This document shows, piece by piece, positions 44,653 to 55,260 of a DNA stretch of 64,000 bases. The first letter of the stretch is position 1. Each line of letters begins with the position of its first letter. Location of the stretch: contig BQFW01000011.1 of NCBI GenBank assembly GCA_020891255.1, positions 124,001 to 188,000 on the forward strand, in the 5' to 3' direction. Under the pieces are notes generated by a model. The model made no database searches. It saw nothing but the letters and a program-made list of their open reading frames with translations, and was not told the DNA's origin. The stretch comes from Entomortierella parvispora E1425 (taxonomy: Eukaryota > Fungi > Mortierellomycota). The position numbers and the translations under genes were made by a program.

Positions 44653-45996
44653 TCTCTGGTTTCGGAGCTGGTGGATGTGCTCAACAACCCTGATCAGTTT
44701 ATGGATTTCACGGAAGAGTCGTCGATCTCGGTGTATTTCAAGGTGCTAGGAATCGCCAATACGCTCTACCAAATCTTACTGGCGACCGAGCTGCGCTTGC
44801 GATTGCCGCTGCAGGGTCATTATTTCACGGGCATGGCGACACGCGTATTGAAATCCAGTTTGATTGTGTCCAAGCGCTGGATGGACCACGTGCGCTTATC
44901 GATTGTCGAGGACAGTCAGGTGCAATGGCGCTCCAACATTCATGAGCAGCAAATTGACGGGTTGGTGAGGTTTGCCGACTTGATGGATTGGCCCTACATG
45001 GAATCGCTGCGACCCCAGGCGGAGACGGTGTATGCCAGATTGGTTAGCGGCGAGACTGTCTCGAGTCATATCTGGGACTGGCTCTTTGGTGTGATCATAC
45101 CTGGTAAATACATAAGTTTCAAGATCATGACGGCCTTGGTGCTGCTGACGCCAGAAACCAAGCATTTGGAACCGGCGCCGCGCTACGACTCGGGGCTCAA
45201 GCTCGAGGATGTCTCTTATTGGCGCCTGACGACTGTCATTGGACGCGTGTTCGGTAGTAGTGATCAGGTTTCGGCTGCCATGCACTGGGTCGGCCCATGC
45301 CCCACCATTGCCTTTGCTGAAGGCAGCGAGCCCGAGAAAGACACCAAGCTTCAATGGTTGAATATCAAGGCACGCAACGTCGACAATGCTGAGTTCTTTG
45401 ATATGGACAATTTTGGTGTGGACGACTCCGATCTGATGGATTGCTTTGACACGGATCTCAAGGCCATCCAGGCCAACCCCGAGCTTTTCTTCTCCGAGGT
45501 TGAGAATCTGGATAACTGGGTGGTGCCTGAGAGCATTCCTGCGTTCAGTGACAAAGACAAGAAGGACGTGATGTTTTCTACTCTGAAGTTGCAAAAGGCG
45601 CCCATCGCCAGGACGGTGAAGGACCCCAAGCCTGAAGATTTCGAGTACACCGCCTCTGTTCAATTTACCATCCAGGGAAGCGCGGTCCATTTCACGCTGT
45701 ATACCAATGTCTGCTTTGTGTGCAGCCATCCATGCATTGGCAGCCACCGTGTGCACAAGCGCCAGCTACCTAAACTCACCAAGATAGTCGTGCTCGCCAA
45801 AGATCTCAAAAAGACCAAGCACTGGAAAGGTCTGCTGTACATCAATGTACAAGATGCACCCGATGCTGAGATTGCCGCGCGCGCGTGGTGTGCCGAGCGC
45901 GGCTACCATGCACTTGTCAAGCATGAAAATACCTGCGAGACATGCTTGAGAGCTGAGGCCAAATCGCTGCACATCAAGGTCGTCATTTATCGATAA
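44653..45996 (+). CDS. Conserved fungal hypothetical protein, apparently 5'-truncated (~447 codons)
   Basis: Long clean ORF with WDWLFGVIIPG, SYWRLTTVIGRVFG, WVGPCP, AARAWCAERG and a terminal C..C. The pattern recalls a Dikarya family of unknown function. No ATG start: in-frame TAG at 44650-44652. Confidence 0.6.
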   Translation, partial: SLVSELVDVLNNPDQFMDFTEESSISVYFKVLGIANTLYQILLATELRLRLPLQGHYFTGMATRVLKSSLIVSKRWMDHVRLSIVEDSQVQWRSNIHEQQIDGLVRFADLMDWPYMESLRPQAETVYARLVSGETVSSHIWDWLFGVIIPGKYISFKIMTALVLLTPETKHLEPAPRYDSGLKLEDVSYWRLTTVIGRVFGSSDQVSAAMHWVGPCPTIAFAEGSEPEKDTKLQWLNIKARNVDNAEFFDMDNFGVDDSDLMDCFDTDLKAIQANPELFFSEVENLDNWVVPESIPAFSDKDKKDVMFSTLKLQKAPIARTVKDPKPEDFEYTASVQFTIQGSAVHFTLYTNVCFVCSHPCIGSHRVHKRQLPKLTKIVVLAKDLKKTKHWKGLLYINVQDAPDAEIAARAWCAERGYHALVKHENTCETCLRAEAKSLHIKVVIYR

Positions 45997-46040
45997 AATC
46001 CTAATCCTTTCTCTCTGGAAAACCACGCTCCTTCCTTCCC

Positions 46041-46079
<39 letters not shown>

Positions 46080-46881
46080 TAAAGCGCTGCGCTAGTGCCC
46101 TACAATCTCGTGGAAAGCAGACATAGGAGAGAAGGTCAAAAGTTTGAGATTGGAGATAGGGTCTGGACAGGTTGATGGCAGGATGAAAGTTGAAATGAAA
46201 AGGAATGGGGTCAGCCGCCAGTCTTGTCAAATGCAAATTGGTTTCAAAGCTGAGTGTCGCTCATTACTGAGCCCAGCATACTTGCCCGCCAAGTGCCTCC
46301 TTTTATCAGTTGTTGTGGGTGCCCGTGTCATTCAACCTAGACTTGAATTCACCCTCAGCTGAGAACGGATCACCGCGGTAGGAATAGAGAGTGAAAGTGC
46401 TAGAAGATAGAGGGGGGCACTTCCTGATTTCATTGACATGGCAGTCCGCAGTTGGAAGGAGTGCACAGCATGAGTGAAAGACGAAGAAATAATTAAAAAA
46501 AAATGTCTCTCTCGGTCGATCAGGGGGAAGAGCGCCCCTTCCCATAAGCCCTTTTCGATTCATGATAAATAGCTGACCTTTCCACCCTCTTTTATTCCTC
46601 AGTCTGCAATTCACAATAAACCACACCTTTCCTTCTTTCTCCTGTCCCTTTGTCTGACCGCGACAGAATAGGTGATGAATGAGGAAAGGAACGAAAGAAT
46701 AAAAGGCAGGCTTTAATGTATATTGTGAGTCGCAGACTGGGGAACTACGAGCTCGCGTCTATGGGTTTTATACTAAAAGGCGAGAGAGTCCCGCATCGGT
46801 TCTGAATGAGCTAGAGAAAAACGAGATAGAAGCAGACTGAAGGTGGAGGTCGTTCCAGCCAAGGGTGACAAAGAGTGGGGC

Positions 46882-47655
46882 CTATGAGTGAGGATCGGAG
46901 GAAGAGGTGCACTGTACTTGGGCATGACAATACCAGAGGGCAGAATAGCCAGGGGCATCGAGGCGGCGGAAGAGATCATAGGTGCAACCATGGTCGACTA
47001 GGTTGAAGTCGAACAGGGACTGGCGCAGAGGGATATTTGTCAGGGGTTGAGGTGCTCGTCCAATGGGCTCTTGGGTTGACCCTAGGCAGAGATACATTGG
47101 GGAAGGCGCGCACTGGATGGCGGCCTAGGTTCGTGATAGATCGTTTGTTCGGACTGTCAGAGGGGACTGTTTGTTTGGACTGTTTGAATCGTCAGAAGAG
47201 ACAGATTGTTTGGATTGTAAGAGAGGCCAGATTGCTTGGAGGCACCCCCGCAGACAATCCAAAAACTATCCAAAGAATCTAAACAATCCAAACAATCCAA
47301 ACAATCCAAACAATTTGTCCCCTCTGACAATCGGAACAATCCAAACAATCTGGCTCCTCTAACAATCCGAACAATCCAAACAATCTATCACGATCCAAGG
47401 CCGCCATCCAGTGCGCGCCTTCCCCAGTGTATCTGTGCCCAAACGTCTCCTTGTGGCATAGGATACGGCAGTAAAATCTATAACCTCCATAAAAAGCGGA
47501 TGCGCAGCTTCCTCGGAATGAAAGCCAAACTGATTTGCAAACTCCAGCATTACAACATCCTCCTTGTACTTGAGTTTTTCAAGTGCCCAATTTAACATGG
47601 CCTTCGAGCCTGAGGAGGGTGGACTCTGCTGGAGAACTGACGAAGCCTTCTGCAT
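46882..47655 (-). pseudogene. Hypothetical ORF split by a MITE insertion
   Basis: Removing 47085..47439 and one dinucleotide TSD copy joins ORF 47359..47655 to ORF 46882..47097 in frame (TRRRL-GSTQEPIG). Confidence 0.55.
47085..47439. mobile_element. 355-bp fold-back MITE with ~57-bp TIRs and internal 9-nt (AACAATCCA) subrepeats; probable TA target duplication
   Basis: GGCAGAGATACATTGGGGAAGGCGCGCACTGGATGGCGGCC at 47085 is the inverted match of the end at 47439. Flanks are TA (47083-47084) and CA (47440-47441, one transition from TA). Confidence 0.85.
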
Positions 47656-47789
47656 CCTATGATTGTATGGAACTCTTGGTGCTCAATCAAGTTTAAAAGA
47701 TCAATAACGAACATTAATATATTATAACCCCCGTACGAATAGACGAAATAAAACCCAGTGAATCAAACGATAAACCATCCAGCTCGTCT

Positions 47790-47968
47790 TTCCGCCGCCT
47801 CGCCGCCACGTGTTGAGGCACGGGCTGAGCCAAGGTTCGCTAAGAGAAGATTCAGCTTCCTGATGAAAGTATCGTTATGACATCCTGATTCGCTGCGAAT
47901 GCATCTCATATTCCGCCGCCTCGCCGCCGCATGTTAAGAGACAGGGGCTAAGCCAAGGTTCGCTAAGA
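47790..47968 (+). repeat. Two imperfect ~57-bp direct repeats, period 121 bp
   Basis: TTCCGCCGCCTCGCCGCC...AGCCAAGGTTCGCTAAGA at 47790-47845 and 47911-47968. Confidence 0.85.
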
Positions 47969-48393
47969 ATGCGCTCATGGACTCCACAGCAAGAAATGTC
48001 TCAGCAAAAGGGAGCACTTACGTATAGCAACGACAAATTCGACAAACAGGTGACAGGAAACAGTGTGGAAGTGGCACAAGAAGATAAAAGGTATGACGGA
48101 GAGGTCTGCTTGGAGGAAAAGAAAGGTCACGATTGATTTATTTCGGACAGACGACTTTCCTGCTCCACATTAATCCCATCATTGAACAGAATATCACCAC
48201 AATTACCTTGACGAAAGGAGCCGTAAGTATAGGGAAGTGACTGCGGTGAAAAGGCGTGAAAGCGAAGAAGCGTGCAGGCGAAGTGGATCTGTTTGCTTGG
48301 TCTGCAAAAAAAAAACGATACCGCACAATCCACGCCTTAATTCCTTCTTGCACGCTGTGGAAGGCGAGATTTAGGGCTTTTTAGGGGTTGTTT

Positions 48394-48947
48394 TTATATC
48401 CCCTCCTCTCCCCTCTTTTGCACCGGCTGAAGCCTTTCAAACCCTCTGGGTGACGTAATTAAGGCGTGGATTGTCCTGGAGCCATTTTTTCTACGGGGAT
48501 GATGCTGTTGTCGAGGACGATGCTGCTGTCGAGGACGATGCTGCAGACAGTGTAGCCCTTCGCTCAGCTGAAGGATTAGAGAGAGTATTAATTTCGGTAC
48601 AGATAAGAAAGGCGGCATTGAAGGCGGCGGACATTGAACAACATCATAGCCTACCATATGCTGCCTCTGCCTCCTCGACAGCAGTATCTTGTGCCGACCG
48701 TGCGAGTCTCTGCGCAGTTATCTTTGTATTGATTCGCAGAAGGTGCTTGGGCCAGAACTGGTCCGCCTTGTGGGCAACAAAATGCCGGAACGACGCCTGT
48801 AGTTTTTCTCGGCGTGATGCTGGGATTTTCGTGGCCTCGAGAAGTTCTTGAAAGAGGTAGGTTGCATTTTCTCGATCGCTCAGTTGAAAGCGGGCAACAA
48901 ACTGCGACAAGTAAACATGCTCCTTGCCTTTCCTTTCGAGAGCTCAT
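48394..48947 (-). pseudogene. Frameshifted hypothetical gene, possibly related to the MITE-split ORF
   Basis: LSQFVARFQLSDRENATYLFQELL resembles LEFANQFGFHSEEAAHPLFMEVI of the 47655 ORF. The ATG (48947) is in another frame and stops follow. Confidence 0.3.
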
Positions 48948-49058
48948 GTCAGATGCGCTTGCTGCATGTACTTGAACTGCCAGGCTTTAAATATTGGTTA
49001 ATAACTGAGCGAGTAACATGTCACTGACCGGACGAAAATATCAAGAATCAAACAAATG

Positions 49059-49394
49059 AGCCACATGGCGCTCATCGGAGCATATGCCATGAAGAGCTTT
49101 AAATGATGACCACAACTGTCGCAGTCTCTTCCCGCCCGGCAGACCATCAGACAAAAATGTCTAATTAAATCCGCAGCTAGCTAAAGAAGCCCACCACTAA
49201 TGACAGCATGTTTCTGTGTAATCCATGCTTGAGTTCAAAAAAGAAGCCACATGGCGCTCATCGGAGCATATGCCATGAAGAGCTTTAAATGATGACCACA
49301 ACTGTCGCAGTCTCTTCCCGCCCGGCAGACCATCAGACAAAAAATGTCTAATTAAATCCGCAGCTAGCTAAAGAAGCCCACCACTAATGACAGC
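49059..49394 (+). repeat. Near-perfect ~150-bp tandem direct duplication (period 186 bp)
   Basis: 49059-49207 equals 49245-49394 apart from one extra A. Confidence 0.95.
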
Positions 49395-50425
49395 GTGTTT
49401 CGGCTTGGGAGCAGAGATTATTACAAGACGCACCTGTTCGCTTGGGAAGAAGTTTGCGAGGAGGAGAGGATTGTTATGGGGCAGGGCGTTTGATTGATCG
49501 TAGAGAGTTGATTGTGAGGGTCTACTGATTGAGTTTGTGATGTGATCGTAGAGAGTTAATTGTGAGGGTCTACTGATTGAGTTTGTGATGAAGTTGATGG
49601 TTGGAGGGATGATGAATGCAAGGAAAGGGTCGATCAGGCGGGGCTGGAGATGAGGTGTAATGCGTGTTGTAGAGCGTTTAGATTCAGCCAATGAGAGAGT
49701 TAAGGCCTTAAGGGCGACCAGTTAGATGTGCGTGGAAATAAAGAATCGCTAAATCCTGAATTATCCCATTCTCCGTATACCGGGCAAATTTGCCCGTTAA
49801 AAGTTCTGACGTGAGGTTAAACTTGAATCAAAGATCCACGCTTTGTGGTGTTGAAAGCATCGATGGGGAAGGGTTTGAGGGAGCAAGCACCTTCCTAACA
49901 ACTTGAAATCCGACATTCCTGTTGCGATATCAGGATAAGCGCGTTCTGTTCCTGTTATTGAGGTACTAAAGAAAACATTCATAGACGTGGAGGAGGAGTT
50001 GGTTACTTGAGGGATATCAGAATACCCGATGCTCTCGAATTTGAACTTACTACGACGGCTGATGGATCTTTTACTCTTGAGAATGGTGTCTTTTTGCCAG
50101 ATTCGTCATTCTATCAATAAAAAAAATTATTCCAGTGATTTATTTTATTCCAAGTGATAGATTGATGTCTTTCTCCCTCTCCCATCATTTTTTGTTTTTT
50201 CTACCTCTTTCTTCTAACAGCGTGCATGCCTTTCTCATTATTCTGTCCGCCTTACCCTATCCCTTCTCTATCGCACACACTTACACGCCACACTCACTCT
50301 CACGCTAACGCGCGTCTTACTGTTGTAAGTTCAGTGGTCAGCGATCGTCACTCGTGCCATCGAGACAGACTGGAAGCGAACAAGAAACTCATAGCATCCT
50401 TAAAATTTGCCTGAACAGGTTCAGA

Positions 50426-53400
50426 ATGGGCATCAAGGGTCTGACTCCATTTATCAAAGCCTGCCCCGGAGTTGTGGAAGACTTGAAGACCAAGACGTGC
50501 CATATCGACTTTCCTGCAATGTTTTTCGCCCTCTTGAATGCGCGCGCCTTCTATGCAACTGTCAGCTCTGAAGCCAAAAAGTCTCGAAAGCGATGTGCCC
50601 TTGAAAGGATCCCTAACGCCCATTCAGAAGGAGTCATCTCAAAGAGACCAGGCACGTCCATGCAAACAACCGACTTTGACTCAAATGGCCCTCCATCAAA
50701 GCATGCTCGTCTATCATCTCCAGAAGCAGACTCCAACAAGGCTTGCGATGACAATACTCTCAGAGCTGCAGGTTCCGAAGAACTGATCTCAACCTTCGAG
50801 GGTAGTGATGTTGAAGCAGCCCCGTCAAGCTTCCTTGAAACGATGCAAAGGCTGCTTCAGGAAGAACCATCTCAGATCTTCCTTGACAGCGACGGTGCCC
50901 TTACAACCACGCAAGATCTCAACGAAGACATTGTAAGCATTTTTTTTTTTTTTTTTTTGTCCCATAATGCTACTTCCATGATACCTTCTAACCAATCTCC
51001 ATTGATATCATCAGTATTATCGTCACATTGGCTTAGCTGTTCATGGGATCCTTCTTAATCATGTGTCTCCAGACTGCACGACGATTCACCAGGATGGACC
51101 TCGGTCTGTTGAGAAAGAAAATGCACATCAGAAACGAGACAATGATCTGCATAGACGGATGGAAAAGCTTCGCGAGGATATTGAGAAAGGGAGACTCAAA
51201 GGCACCAAGAAGTTGTACAGGCGTCTTAAATCCTTGTATCGAGCACCACGTAAGGCCCTGGATCAAGTGCTAGATGTTCTAGAGGAGAAGGGGTGGACCG
51301 TGTGTCGGTGTGCGCACCAGGCCGATAACTGCATAGTCCGCTGCGTCGCGCAAGCTACAGACCCTTCGAATATACGCATCATCACTAAGGACTCGGATCT
51401 AATAGTCTACGAGGTCTGCATGTCAGTTACTCTTCCGGTGGGTAAAGAGTGGACTACATTCAAGAAAGCTGATCTTTTGGAGCAGTTACAGCTTCCCACC
51501 TCGGCCCACCTTCTCCTCCTCGCTGCCTTGACCACAAACAACTATGCCGACGGCGTTCCCTTTTACGGCTTGGTGTCTAACGCTGATATAGTGCGGAAGC
51601 TGCAAATAGAGAGGCTCGAAAGCATTGGTGTCGAGGAGAAATTACTTGATTTCAAGAATCAACTCTCTCACTGCTTGAGCGAGATTCACTCCAATGCTTT
51701 AAGAGTCAGGGACGCGGCCCTCGAAAACAGGAAGAAGCGGAAACAAAAGGTGTCAGCGTCAAAAGCCGATAGGAAGGACGAGATGAGAATCGACAAGGCG
51801 CAGCGGCAGCTGGATGTTACCATCAATCATTTCGACATTGCTATAAGGGTTCTGGTGACCACTGAAGAGCATCCCCTCACGAATACCACGGCTGATCCCA
51901 GCCCTTCGATGCCCGACATCTGCAGCACCCTCACCACTCTCATTAGGGATTCAGAAATGGCGAAGGCTAGTCGGTATCGCTACATTAGAGCTCAAGCACC
52001 CGATGTGGAGCCATCTGTATCCATTGCCCACCAACCTATGGATGTTGACTCAAGTCCTGAAGCCGCCAACCTTGCACCACCCCCTATCACCCTAGCATCT
52101 CCCCCTATCAAAAGAAGCGGCAAGAGGAAGAAGCGCAATAGCACACGCGCTCAATCAAAGCGAAAGCAAAAGTGGCGACAATCAATGTAAGTATATAATG
52201 TTGAATGTCCCTTCCCAGCTATGTCATGCCATTCTTGTCAAAATCAATTTCAATAACACTGGTTTACTTCTAGGTTTCGCTCTCGCACTGATCTAACGGA
52301 CCGGTACGTTCCTCAGACTGCACATCTCAGCGCTGCTAGCCCCATTGATGACGCAAACCTGCACGGTCTTGAGCCCGCAGCGCCCCGGACATACAAACCC
52401 AAGGAGAAAACCACCAACAACAACCAACCTGTCCCCCCTCCTCAGAAAAAAAGAAAAAAGATGTTGGACTACCGAAAGGAGAACGCCAGTCCAGCTGCCC
52501 TGAAAAAATCGTTCAAGTCAGTTTTCGCATCAGTAACTCTCACTACTGGATCTGTTCGAGGATGCCTCCGACGAGCAACCGATCTCTCTATGGCTGACAC
52601 CGAGTTGATTTCCCAAAGAATCGACATGGCGGTGTCTATTGTGAATACTGCTAAGCATTACGTGCTAAAGATGCTCGAGGTGAGAATTCTTCGAGAGCTG
52701 CTCTCTGGTTCGCCGCAGACAACTCATAGCCCCGCCGCGGTCCGTGAGATGGCCCAAGGCACAGTCATGAGCGATGAACAGGCAAACCAAAACGCTCCGG
52801 CAACCAACAGATCAGCACCGTTTCTAGAAAAGATTCTAGACTCGGACTAGGCTAAGTTGGTTGTAGGGAATTTAATGTCTTATATCCTTCGCAATTCAAC
52901 TAGTGTTCGAGGACCTAAGGCCCACAAGCCAACGTCACAAGATGCCCTAGTGGAGGCACGTTTGATATTCGAAGGATTTAAAGAGCTGTATCCTGGTTTC
53001 AAAGCCGTCAACCCATCAAATATACCCCTCGGCGTAGTCATCGATGATTTGGCTCCAAAAATATGCCTAGATATAAAGATGCACTACAGAAAACTACCAA
53101 AGACGATCCGCGCAAAGGTATCACCTATTTTCTCAATGAGTGCTACGCAAATAACAGAGTGTGTCGAATTCTAACGTCCTTCTTTTCATTGAATTCAGAT
53201 GGAGAAACTGGGCTTTGACGATGCCGATCTTCCACAAACAGAGGAAGATGCTGAGGACGACAGCAACGTCGACGCTGCACCTCCAGAGGGTGACGAGGAG
53301 GATGACGAGGATCCAAGACAGAAGTCCAAAAAGATTGTCTTCAGGCCTCGCCATATCTTGACATGCTGGGGCGACCTTCAAAAGCTTCCAACTCCGAGCC

Positions 53401-54969
53401 AGCCTCAGTTTTGCATTCAGCCAAAGATGACAGACAGTTTCATTGACATCAGAGAGGAGGGGCTGATGAGGATTCTTTGGGGAAGGGATGCAGGGTCTGT
53501 CGGTGAGATATGGGAAGGAGGAACTCATAGCCACCAATGGGCCAAATCTCAACTGAGCACCGCAGTCGGTAACATCATCAAGACGCTTTTCATCGGAGAT
53601 CGAGAAAGCATTCGACTAGCAAAAAAGCAGCAGACAACGTATGGCAAACGCACGACAACTATGGACGAATGCTTTAGGTTGTATCCTGAGGTCTATGGGC
53701 AAGGACCGCTAGACAGATATCTTGTTGACCGGATCAACTTTTACAGAGTCCGACATAATGAGTCCATCTTGACTCAGTCTTCGTTCTCTTCGTCTTCATC
53801 CTCATCATCTGTAGTAACGCCATCCCTTCAGTCCAACCCCCCATCATTGCCAGCCCCTCGTCAAAGTCGCACTCGATATGCACTGAATAATTTCATCCGG
53901 ACGGACGGCCATCAATTGCAGCTGCTTGGCTATGATCTTACCAAGAATCGACAGGCTCCAGGCCACAAAAGCTTTATGAAGCGCATCGAGAACCAATGCC
54001 CCACCCGTCAGTCACTGATTGACACTTTTGGTGAGAACTTGGAGTCCGTAGTGGTGATCGGAATTGACCCTGGGGAAGTGGTGAGCGGGGCATTTTGTAT
54101 GCGTCTCGACGAAGACACGGTCGTTAACTTAGTAGTAAGGCGCGCATCACTCTATCAGCCCACACTGGCCTTCAGAACATGGGAGGAAAACTGGAAGAGG
54201 CAATATCCGCAAGCAGGCCCTTCAGACAAAATCGATACAGAGCTATGGACACGAAGAGCAGATGGACAGGAGAGACCCACTTCTCTGCCCTCCCTGTACG
54301 ATTTACAGAACGCCCTCCGTCCAACTTCATACGATTCCTGGGACTCCCTTGTGGCTGCACACCAACGATACTTCGAATTGGAACCCATACTACACGGATT
54401 CCATAGTTCTCCAGATCGGAAGAAAGCGGCGCACCAACATAGGATGGCCAAGTTGTCTGAGATGGACTTGGCAGTGGCGGGTGTTCTGAGAATGGTCGAC
54501 GAGGCACTGGAGGGCATCCCTGTCAAAGAGAGAAAGGTCTTTTTCGCTCTCGGCAATGGAACGTTTAGGACCGGACTCAACCTCACCTCGTTGCATACGA
54601 CATTCCTACGTCGTCTTTTTCAAAAGGTACAAATGCGGGAAATGTCCTTGGTTTGCCTTTGATCTTATCAACAAAAAAAGGGATGCTCGTGACACCTTCC
54701 ATTAACCTGTTCCATATTAACTTCTTCCAATAGAGCACGGCCCTAGGATACCACGCAGCTTTAGTAGACGAGTACCTGTCATCAACTATGTGCCCGACAT
54801 GTACCGCCAAGGATGACCATCCATGCGGGTGTGCGCCTGTATCCAGTGTTCGCGATGGATCCATCGTGACCTGGTAGGCGCACACAATATCGCGCTCATT
54901 GGAGAGCAGTACCTCAAGACGATGGGTCGACCCCAGTCTCTTGCAAGACCACAAGTTCAGTCACTATAG
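50426..54969 (+). pseudogene. FEN1/XPG-type PIN+H3TH nuclease fused to a Fanzor/TnpB-type RuvC + C4 zinc finger, 5 exons, ~1395 aa; one in-frame stop and one frameshift
   Basis: Exons 50426..50932, 51015..52186, 52274..53117, 53199..54626 and 54734..54969 with phase-consistent GT-AG introns. PIN: MGIKGL, HIDF, IHQDG..S.EK..AH, HQAD, TKDSDL, LAALTTNNY..G..FYG. Fanzor: RTDG (53901), VIGIDPG (D 54066-54068), LGNG, VDEYLSSTMCPTC, then in a shifted frame RVCACIQCSRWIHRDLVGAHNI...L..MGRPQSL. Stop TAG at 52848-52850. Confidence 0.85.
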
Positions 54970-55260
54970 ATCGAAACTATAGTTATATTTATCCTACGTT
55001 TGTCCTAAGGCTAAATTTGCCTGTGGTACAGACTAAGGGATAGCCTGGATTAATTGTGCACGGTCAGTCTGGTTTGACTGTTGCACGAGGTCTATTTGTT
55101 TGCAGTAACAGTCCAGAAACGCGTTGAACGACTCTTGAGAGATACCCGCGGGAGAACAACGTCGCTTGAATGCTTGAGTGCCACAGACCAGTTGTCCATC
55201 CATACTATTATTCTCCTGCGCAGAACTTGGTGGCTCTCTCTATGCTATCTGCCACTGCCA
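54970..55260 (+). ncRNA. Candidate Fanzor omega-RNA scaffold / element right end
   Basis: Directly after the stop: nested hairpin 54990-55042 (TATCC/GGATA, GTTTGT/ACAGAC, AGGC/GCCT) and an 11-bp hairpin with one bulge at 55056-55086 (GTGCACGGTCA/TGACTGTTGCAC). The position matches where Fanzor/TnpB omega-RNAs lie. Boundaries are guesses. Confidence 0.4.

Noticed and set aside
44896-45756. 286-aa antisense ORF
   Set aside because: Shadow of the 44653..45996 coding sequence.
53900-54969. Bacterial IS200/IS605 tnpB contaminant
   Set aside because: The gene has four phase-consistent GT-AG introns and a Fanzor-type motif arrangement. No tnpA is nearby.
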